DNA of 4,936 nucleotides from a virus (Duplodnaviria; Heunggongvirae; Uroviricota; Caudoviricetes): IMG/VR virus record IMGVR_UViG_2645727676_000016; one strand, 5' to 3'. Shown piece by piece: positions 1 to 4,936 of this stretch (position 1 is its first letter; each line of letters starts with the position of its first letter). The notes under the pieces were generated by a model. It saw only the letters and a program-made list of their open reading frames with translations, ran no database searches and was not told where the DNA came from. The position numbers and the translations under genes were made by a program.

Positions 1-153
1 CCAACCGATGCCTATTGTGCATTGCTTGCTGTAATGTGTGCAAAGCTAATTGGTATTGTTGAACATCATATTGCCGTTGGGAATATTGAGCCAATGGAAA
101 ACGAGCAACCAGACTTTGAGTTTGACCCGTATTTAGTTACAGAGGAATTTTAA
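1..153 (+). CDS. hypothetical protein, C-terminal fragment (5' end lies outside the window)
   Basis: Frame 1 is open from base 1 to TAA at 151-153, while the other two + frames hit stops within the first ~60 nt. The stop abuts the ATG of the next gene at 154, and that gene's Shine-Dalgarno (AGAGGA, 141-146) is embedded in this reading frame. Translation ends ...AVGNIEPMENEQPDFEFDPYLVTEEF. No family recognised. Confidence 0.45.
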   Translation, partial: PTDAYCALLAVMCAKLIGIVEHHIAVGNIEPMENEQPDFEFDPYLVTEEF

Positions 154-432
154 ATGAATAAACACACATTAACCCGTATTTCAGAGGAAGCTTTTAACGA
201 GCTTACCAGAATTAAACGAGCTACTAACTTGCCTCATCAAACTGTAATGCAACTTGCAATTGCTAAAGAGGTTACTGAGTCGGATTTACTTAAATATCCA
301 GTCTCTAAAGGTCGTAAACACATCCGAATTACTCAGGACGCTTTAGATACTTTGAAGGGACTTAACGGCTTTAAAATTGATATCGCCCGACTATTGAGTA
401 TTAAGATTCACAAGTTAGCAATGGGGGTTTAA
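154..432 (+). CDS. small hypothetical protein (92 aa), possibly a ribbon-helix-helix-like DNA-binding protein with two repeats
   Basis: ATG 154 with AGAGGA at 141-146 (7-nt spacer); 92 codons to TAA 430-432. N-terminal half (TLTRIS / EEAFNELTRIKRATN / LPHQTVMQLAIAKEV) and C-terminal half (HIRITQ / DALDTLKGL / FKIDIARLLSIKIHKL) each read as a short beta-strand followed by two helices, the layout of Arc/CopG/MetJ-type RHH domains. Pattern recognition only. Confidence 0.6.
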   Translation: MNKHTLTRISEEAFNELTRIKRATNLPHQTVMQLAIAKEVTESDLLKYPVSKGRKHIRITQDALDTLKGLNGFKIDIARLLSIKIHKLAMGV

Positions 433-647
433 TGCTATGCGTTACCTTTGAATACCACACAGATAAAATGATTCGCTACATCTCCGACCTCCTGATTAAA
501 GGAAACGGATTCGGTGACACCCATAACTCAAAAGATATTTTCATTAAAGCCATTGGCCCAAATGAAACACTGAAAACAGCAGTCAAGCCACAATGGTTTG
601 AACGTCATAAGATTGAATTAGGTTATTGGGGTGAGGAGGTTTTATGA
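432..647 (+). CDS. small hypothetical protein (71 aa)
   Basis: ATG 432 shares its A with the preceding TAA (TAATG overlap); G-rich GGGGG at 423-427 upstream; 71 codons to TGA 645-647. No recognisable motif. An internal ATG at 468 has no Shine-Dalgarno. Confidence 0.55.
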   Translation: MLCVTFEYHTDKMIRYISDLLIKGNGFGDTHNSKDIFIKAIGPNETLKTAVKPQWFERHKIELGYWGEEVL

Positions 648-931
648 AACCTTGGCATGAAGATGTTAGACGATATTTTACAGAACACCTTATCTATGAT
701 GAATCCAGTGATTCCCTGTACTGGTCTGATGGAGAGTCAGTCACGATAAATACCGACGACTACGGCAACAAAACATTTAATATAGGCCGATATACTTTCT
801 ACGTGAAATATGTTGTCTGGTTCCTTTATCATGGCTATCAATCCAATAAGCAAATTATCCATCGAAATGGTAACAGAGCCGATACCAGACCAAAAAATCT
901 TATGCAAGTCCGAGACTTTAAGAGAAATTAG
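644..931 (+). CDS. HNH_3-like small protein (95 aa), divergent at usually conserved catalytic positions
   Basis: ATG 644 overlaps the preceding stop (ATGA); GAGGAGG at 633-639 with 4-nt spacer; 95 codons to TAG 929-931. The segment YDESSDSLYW...GRYTFYVKYVVWFLYHGYQSNKQIIHRNGNRADTRPKNLMQV aligns by eye to the core of small phage HNH_3-type endonucleases (approx. G.Y....HRLAW...G.....IDHINGNR.DNR..NLR.V). The canonical D-H / N positions read I-H-R...D-T-R here. No cysteines. Confidence 0.6.
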   Translation: MKPWHEDVRRYFTEHLIYDESSDSLYWSDGESVTINTDDYGNKTFNIGRYTFYVKYVVWFLYHGYQSNKQIIHRNGNRADTRPKNLMQVRDFKRN

Positions 932-1084
932 AAAAACAGCTTCTCAGACGCTCTCAATCGCATTCTAACGCAAAAAACTATCTTATTTTAGGGTGGGTAA
1001 TACCACTACAGGCTACCCCTGAAAAAGACTGTTTAGCTCGTTACAGAGCGATTGAGGAGGTCTGGTAAAAAGGAGATTTTAAAA

Positions 1085-1408
1085 ATGAACAATTACGAAT
1101 TACAGATTTTTATTGATACCGACACCGCCATGATGATTCAGGCTTTCACTGATGTAGGTGTTAGCATTGACTTTGATAAGTTGTTAGAGTTAATGACTGA
1201 TAATGCAGAAAACATCTCTGACTTTATTCAGTCGGTGGAGTTTAACGAGCCTCGAATGATGCTACCAATTACCAACTCAAACATGAAAAGATTGGTTATC
1301 GAGCAAACGAACAAACACAGCGTTAGCCCTGAAAAATATCTCAAGGCGGCTATAGCAATTTTGTACGCTGACAATATTCTGGTGACGGATTCTGTGAGGA
1401 TTCACTAA
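1085..1408 (+). CDS. acidic hypothetical protein (107 aa)
   Basis: ATG 1085 with AGGAG at 1071-1075 (9-nt spacer). The supplied ORF track extends this frame upstream to a TTG at 1052, which is less well supported. Runs to TAA 1406-1408. D/E-rich product with no recognised domain. Confidence 0.6.
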   Translation: MNNYELQIFIDTDTAMMIQAFTDVGVSIDFDKLLELMTDNAENISDFIQSVEFNEPRMMLPITNSNMKRLVIEQTNKHSVSPEKYLKAAIAILYADNILVTDSVRIH

Positions 1409-1485
1409 TGACGTTAATTGTATTATGGACGCTGTTAGGATTATTTGTTGGTTGCTGGGTGGGCAACGCGGTAAATAAAAATTGA
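1408..1485 (+). CDS. candidate 25-aa single-helix membrane mini-protein (MTLIVLWTLLGLFVGCWVGNAVNKN)
   Basis: Absent from the ORF track because of length. ATG 1408 shares its A with the upstream TAA (TAATG); GAGGA at 1396-1400 gives a 7-nt spacer; 25 codons to TGA 1483-1485. An 18-residue hydrophobic stretch is followed by a polar NAVNKN tail. Confidence 0.35.
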   Translation: MTLIVLWTLLGLFVGCWVGNAVNKN

Positions 1486-1710
1486 TGTTACCAATCTGTT
1501 AAAAAGCCGTTGACAAATAATCTTAAGCATGAGATGATGGTAATAGGGAAGAGCAACTCTTCCTGAATTAAACTATTAATCGTCTCTACATCGATGATAA
1601 CTATATTCTGATTGGAAAGGTGCAATGCTTTTCGTCATGGCCTTTCAGTTTAGTCTGAGAGGTTATCTCAAAAAGTGCTTAATCATTCATTATTGAACCC
1701 TTACAGCTTT

Positions 1711-1740
1711 GCCCTAACTCATGATTAGGGCGTTTTCTTT
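1711..1740 (+). terminator. candidate rho-independent terminator
   Basis: Perfect 7-bp stem GCCCTAA (1711-1717) / TTAGGGC (1725-1731) with 7-nt loop CTCATGA, followed by GTTTTCTTT (1732-1740). The T-tract follows the hairpin only on the + strand. Confidence 0.5.
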
Positions 1741-1741
1741 A

Positions 1742-1780
1742 AGAGTTTTTAAACAGAGCTTTTAAAGAAAGTTTTTCCTG
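1742..1780. repeat. three tandem ~13-bp units (AGAGTTTTTAAAC / AGAGCTTTTAAAG / AAAGTTTTTCCTG)
   Basis: Read directly: units start at 1742, 1755 and 1768 and directly abut the terminator hairpin; the third unit is degenerate. Confidence 0.45.
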
Positions 1781-1855
1781 AAACTTCGTTAACGTTAAAG
1801 CAAACCTTCAAAGCCCTTCACAGATAAGGATGAACCTATGTTTAGGGCTTTTTTC

Positions 1856-1869
1856 AGCTTTTAAAAAGC
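1856..1869. promoter_or_regulatory. AT-rich palindrome AGCTTTTAAAAAGC (possible protein-binding site)
   Basis: 6-bp arms GCTTTT (1857-1862) and AAAAGC (1864-1869) around a single central A. Same GCTTTT-AAAA core as the tandem unit at 1758-1766. Confidence 0.3.
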
Positions 1870-1922
1870 ATACTTGGCAAACGCCTTTTAAGTCTCTTCT
1901 AAGTTCGTAGGCTGTCAGGTGT

Positions 1923-1936
1923 GCTTTTTAAAAACT
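1923..1936. promoter_or_regulatory. AT-rich palindrome GCTTTTTAAAAACT (possible operator/promoter-proximal site)
   Basis: Perfect 10-bp palindrome TTTTTAAAAA (1925-1934) with the same GCTTTT core, 35 bp upstream of the ATG at 1971. Confidence 0.3.
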
Positions 1937-1970
1937 GAAACATAAATTATCTTAGAAGAGGAAAATATTA

Positions 1971-2675
1971 ATGTCCATTCGTAATGAACACGAAATGATT
2001 GTTGAGAACAGACCAAGTGCACTTGATATTCACGAATTAACTTTGCGTGAATCTTTTGATAGAGCTTGGCGGGAATCGCACGAAGTAAATAAAGGTCCAT
2101 ATATTCCACCAGAACCAATCGAGATTCCAAGAGTTGAAATTGATTTTTCGATGAATGAGGAATGTGAGCTTGATTTGAAACTGAAGCTGCAACGCAAATA
2201 TTTCAAAGACCTTCGAGACTCTCAAGAAGCAATGAGAAGTGTTTACGAGAAAATTCAGTCCAAGCTTGAAGACGAAATTGACGAAATGGCTATTTTGATG
2301 GAGCTTCAAACCAATTCTTATGCTTATTTCTCTCGACTAGACCGTGATGGTTGGGGGTATGACCCTGTAGAGATTGGTAAAGTGATTGCAGATTTACCAG
2401 AAGGTCAAAGAGTTGTTCGTACAGAAAGAGCCATTAGAGCACCACATCGACTGTCTCTAATTGTTGCTGATAAATCACAAGCTGAGCTTGAAGAAATTGC
2501 CAAAGAGAAACTGATGAAAGCAAGAGAAAATGAGATTAATTTGCTGAAATCAAGACTGGCTAAGCTGATTAGTGACCATCAAGCGCTGGCTAAGGAGTAC
2601 CGTCAAGAGTTGGCACAGATTATCAGCTTCAATGATTTTCTGAGTGTTCCACGAGAATTTAGCAAGGCTGTTTAA
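1971..2675 (+). CDS. hypothetical acidic protein (234 aa) with coiled-coil-like C-terminal third
   Basis: ATG 1971 with AGAGGA at 1957-1962 (8-nt spacer); 234 codons to TAA 2673-2675; longest complete ORF in the window. Highly charged product; C-terminal stretch KSQAELEEIAKEKLMKARENEINLLKSRLAKLISDHQALAKEYRQELAQ looks heptad-like. No catalytic motif recognised. The antisense ORFs overlapping it are treated as artefacts. Confidence 0.7.
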   Translation: MSIRNEHEMIVENRPSALDIHELTLRESFDRAWRESHEVNKGPYIPPEPIEIPRVEIDFSMNEECELDLKLKLQRKYFKDLRDSQEAMRSVYEKIQSKLEDEIDEMAILMELQTNSYAYFSRLDRDGWGYDPVEIGKVIADLPEGQRVVRTERAIRAPHRLSLIVADKSQAELEEIAKEKLMKARENEINLLKSRLAKLISDHQALAKEYRQELAQIISFNDFLSVPREFSKAV

Positions 2676-2697
2676 TTATGCATATGTGAGGTGATGA

Positions 2698-2913
2698 ATG
2701 ATTGATTTAACAGAACGCTATGAAACTATTAAGTCTGTTTGTGAAAACTTAAAGTTACAAACTAAGCCAGCCTTAAGAATTAAAACCAAACATCAAATTA
2801 TCACCTCACGCAAACCAAAAACACGCAAGATTCCAAAATGGTGTATCGACCGTATTCCTTCTGATGCTCAAATCATAGGTGAAACGGAACTACATTATCT
2901 TGTCAGGCATTAA
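2698..2913 (+). CDS. small basic hypothetical protein (71 aa)
   Basis: ATG 2698 with GAGGTG at 2688-2693 (4-nt spacer, on the short side); 71 codons to TAA 2911-2913. Lys/Arg-rich middle (TKPALRIKTKHQIITSRKPKTRKIPKW). No recognised family. Confidence 0.5.
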   Translation: MIDLTERYETIKSVCENLKLQTKPALRIKTKHQIITSRKPKTRKIPKWCIDRIPSDAQIIGETELHYLVRH

Positions 2914-2947
2914 TTTGAGATTAGCTTCTAATCGAATCTATAACACG

Positions 2948-2989
2948 GGGAGAGATTATCGATATTATTCGGTAGTTTCTCCCTTTTTT
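2948..2989 (+). terminator. strong candidate rho-independent terminator
   Basis: Left arm 2948-2962 (GGGAGAGATTATCGA) pairs with right arm 2969-2983 (TTCGGTAGTTTCTCCC region): 15 bp as RNA (12 Watson-Crick plus 3 G-U), GC-rich at the base, 6-nt loop TATTAT, then TTTTTT at 2984-2989. Starts 35 nt after the stop of the 71-aa gene. Confidence 0.6.
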
Positions 2990-3080
2990 GTATGTGTGCT
3001 ACGTGAAATCTTCTGAACAGATATACCCACCAAAAATTATTTTTTACGTAGCTCACGCTTAAAGAGGTGAAATATGAACA

Positions 3081-4936
3081 ATGGCACAATTTAAAGTTGA
3101 TAGTTTTATCGTTGAGCTAGGCTTCAGCGAGAACGTTATTAAGGGCTTGCAAAGAGTTGAAAAGGCAGCTTTGCAGTCAGCACAAAGAATTGAACGGAAT
3201 TTGAATAGAGCGTTTAAGGTCGATACCAAGCAACTTGACAGCAATTTAACGGCTTCTTTAAAGTCAATGGAGGGGAAGATTAATAAAACTTTTGACCGTC
3301 TGGAAGCTAGAGCAAAAAATACTAAAGTTTTCCGTTTCACAAGTCAGGTTAATGACGCTATTAATCCTCCAAAACAACCAAGACGGCCACGAATTAGCGG
3401 CAACAGAGCAATCACAGCAGCTTATTCAGCTAATATGACCAAGCTGAAAGGTCTTAACCCAATTGTCGAGAAATACATTAAGAGTCAGTTTTACGCATTA
3501 AGTAGTAAAGCTGGTCAGATGGATAACACCAAGTTTAATGAAGCCCTTGCTAAACTAAATTCAAGTGTACGAGAAGCAATTGCTAAAGCCAGAGGTCATA
3601 CATCCACCAGCATTAACGGTGACAGAGCAGCTAGTTCTCTTGATAGTCTGTCTTCAGCAGCAGTTAAAACAGCAGGTGCATTTATCAGCTTTCAGGCTGT
3701 ACTATCCGCTTATCAGCGAGTACTGGAAGTTGGTTTACAGCGTGCAAGTGCTGAACGTTCAATTGATTTCGTATTTGATAAAGATGCAGGTCAAGTAAAA
3801 GAGTTCACAAAGTCATTAGCTCAAACAACGGGTTTAGATATCGCTGAACTGCAATCACAGTTTGCTGGTTTTGGTGCTTCAGCTAAAGAGTCTATGGGTA
3901 TTCAAGGTTCTGAAGAACTTTTTAAAAATATGATTGGCTATGCTCGTCTGATGGGGAGAAGTGAAGAAGAGATTAAGCGAGCATTAACAGCATTATCACA
4001 GATGGCTGGTAAGGGTCAGATTATGGCTGAAGAGCTTAAGGGGCAATTAGCTGAAGCTGTTCCTGGTATGGTTCAGGTATTCGCTAAAGCAACCGGAAGG
4101 AATGAACAAGAGCTATTTGATGCCATGAAGAAGGGGGCTTTAAAATCTGCCGATACTCTTCAGAAGGTCACTCAGGAACTGAATAAACAAATCACCGCTA
4201 AAGGTGGCTGGAAAGCCATTTCAGAAAGTACACAGGCACAACTAGGGAACTTGAAAAACTCTTGGAATACCACGCTTGATAGTATCTTCAGAGGTTCTGA
4301 AAATGGTCTGCAAGATTTCACACGAAGCCTAACAACGCTTTTAAACGCTCTTGGTGGAACTGGTAAAACATTAGGTGAAAGTTTTGGTAGCTTGATGAGC
4401 GATATGTCACATGGTATCGATTCATTGACTGATATCTCTTACAGGGTACGAGGTTTCTTTGATGAGGTGACATTAGCTTATCGTGGTTTAACCGATGAGC
4501 AAAAGAAAGTTGTTGATGCTTTAGGTTCTGGCTTGATTAACAGCTTAAAAGTCTTGGCTGGTGTTATTGCTGTAAATAAAGTTGTTGGTGTTACCAGAAG
4601 TATTTACGGGCTTATGACTGCTATCACAAGATTAGGTCAGGTAGCTGATACTACAGCAGACAGCGTGAACAGAAAGAATGGGAAACCATCAAGACTAAAC
4701 CCTATGAATATGCTATTAGCTGGTAGTGCTATCTATGCAGGTTATGAAAGATTAGCTTCTACACCTGAACGAATGGAAGCACAAGCTAAATTACCAGAGC
4801 TGGCTAAAGAGTCTGGACTTAAGCCAGTATTTACTATGGACGATGTGAAAGGTTGGTTTAATAGTGCAGCTATGAATCTTGCTAACTTCCAGCATCCAGA
4901 ATTAATCACCATGAGACAAGATGCGGCATTAACGAA
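3081..4936 (+). CDS. phage tail tape measure protein, N-terminal ~618 codons (3' end outside window)
   Basis: ATG 3081 preceded by AAAGAGGTGA (3061-3070); in-frame TGA at 3075-3077 bounds the 5' end; frame stays open to the end of the window. Residues ~300-365 (ALTALSQMAGKGQIMAEELKGQLAEAVPGMVQVFAKATGRNEQELFDAMKKGALKSADTLQKV, about nt 3980-4175) match the conserved tape-measure domain of lambda-H-like proteins (TIGR02675-type), flanked by Ala/Gly/Ser/Thr-rich helical sequence. Confidence 0.8.
   Translation, partial: MAQFKVDSFIVELGFSENVIKGLQRVEKAALQSAQRIERNLNRAFKVDTKQLDSNLTASLKSMEGKINKTFDRLEARAKNTKVFRFTSQVNDAINPPKQPRRPRISGNRAITAAYSANMTKLKGLNPIVEKYIKSQFYALSSKAGQMDNTKFNEALAKLNSSVREAIAKARGHTSTSINGDRAASSLDSLSSAAVKTAGAFISFQAVLSAYQRVLEVGLQRASAERSIDFVFDKDAGQVKEFTKSLAQTTGLDIAELQSQFAGFGASAKESMGIQGSEELFKNMIGYARLMGRSEEEIKRALTALSQMAGKGQIMAEELKGQLAEAVPGMVQVFAKATGRNEQELFDAMKKGALKSADTLQKVTQELNKQITAKGGWKAISESTQAQLGNLKNSWNTTLDSIFRGSENGLQDFTRSLTTLLNALGGTGKTLGESFGSLMSDMSHGIDSLTDISYRVRGFFDEVTLAYRGLTDEQKKVVDALGSGLINSLKVLAGVIAVNKVVGVTRSIYGLMTAITRLGQVADTTADSVNRKNGKPSRLNPMNMLLAGSAIYAGYERLASTPERMEAQAKLPELAKESGLKPVFTMDDVKGWFNSAAMNLANFQHPELITMRQDAALT

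Noticed and set aside
1052-1084. TTG start at 1052 used by the ORF track for the 1052-1408 ORF
   Set aside because: ATG 1085 has a properly spaced AGGAG; the TTG start is a rarer start codon with no better ribosome binding site, so the shorter 1085-1408 model is preferred.
1510-1546. Perfect -35 hexamer TTGACA at 1510-1515
   Set aside because: No acceptable -10 hexamer at 16-18 bp spacing (GATGAT at 1533-1538); the nearest TA-rich hexamer TAATAG at 1541-1546 is 25 bp away. Cannot be called a promoter from sequence alone.
1547-1563. 7-bp hairpin GGAAGAG / CTCTTCC with 3-nt loop
   Set aside because: Not followed by a T-tract on either strand and the loop is very tight; not called a terminator.
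1711-1731. Hairpin loop CTCATGA resembling a tRNA anticodon loop (U at position 2, CAT, purine, A)
   Set aside because: The stem is 7 bp rather than 5, and no T-arm (GTTCRA), D-arm or acceptor stem was found in the flanks; interpreted as a terminator hairpin.
1915-2130. 71-aa ORF on the minus strand
   Set aside because: Lies antisense to the start of the well-supported 234-aa + strand gene and its leader; no Shine-Dalgarno; translation is low-complexity and typical of an AT-rich antisense frame.
2037-2309. 90-aa ORF on the minus strand
   Set aside because: Entirely inside the 234-aa + strand gene; F/L/W/N-rich product typical of antisense reading of AT-rich coding sequence.
2650-2700. Possible programmed -1 frameshift joining the 234-aa and 71-aa ORFs (as in tail chaperone G/GT)
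   Set aside because: Downstream ORF is in the +1 frame, separated by a stop and 22 nt, has its own Shine-Dalgarno, and no slippery heptamer was seen.
3074-3094. ATG at 3074 just after the AAAGAGGTGA motif
   Set aside because: Opens only a 6-codon ORF (MNNGTI, stop at 3092-3094); the tape measure frame starts at ATG 3081.
3059-3340. 93-aa ORF on the minus strand
   Set aside because: Antisense to the 5' end of the tape measure gene and its ribosome binding site; no independent support.
3565-3798. 77-aa + strand ORF in an alternative frame
   Set aside because: Wholly inside the tape measure reading frame, which carries the recognisable domain; out-of-frame artefact.
1-4936. CRISPR array, tRNA/rRNA genes, integrase/transposase or attachment-site repeats
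   Set aside because: No regularly spaced direct repeats with unique spacers, no tRNA cloverleaf candidates and no ORF with recombinase motifs were found in the window.

Overview
AT-rich 4.9-kb segment (roughly 40% GC by eye, not computed) that reads like a phage or prophage region, with every supportable gene on the + strand. Order: 3' end of an unidentified gene (1-153); three tightly overlapping small genes (154-931: a possible ribbon-helix-helix-like protein, a 71-aa unknown, a divergent HNH_3-like small protein); an acidic 107-aa protein (1085-1408) translationally coupled to a 25-codon hydrophobic mini-ORF (1408-1485); a 485-bp non-coding stretch with an intrinsic-terminator-like hairpin and a family of GCTTTT(T)AAAA repeats; a two-gene cassette (234-aa acidic protein, 71-aa basic protein) followed by a strong intrinsic terminator; and the first ~618 codons of a tail tape measure protein running off the 3' end. 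Most small proteins could not be assigned a function from sequence alone. The best candidates for something undescribed are the terminator-bracketed two-gene cassette just upstream of the tape measure gene and the coupled acidic-protein/mini-membrane-peptide pair. No rRNA, tRNA, CRISPR array, integrase or transposase was seen. All similarity statements are recognition by eye, not search results.
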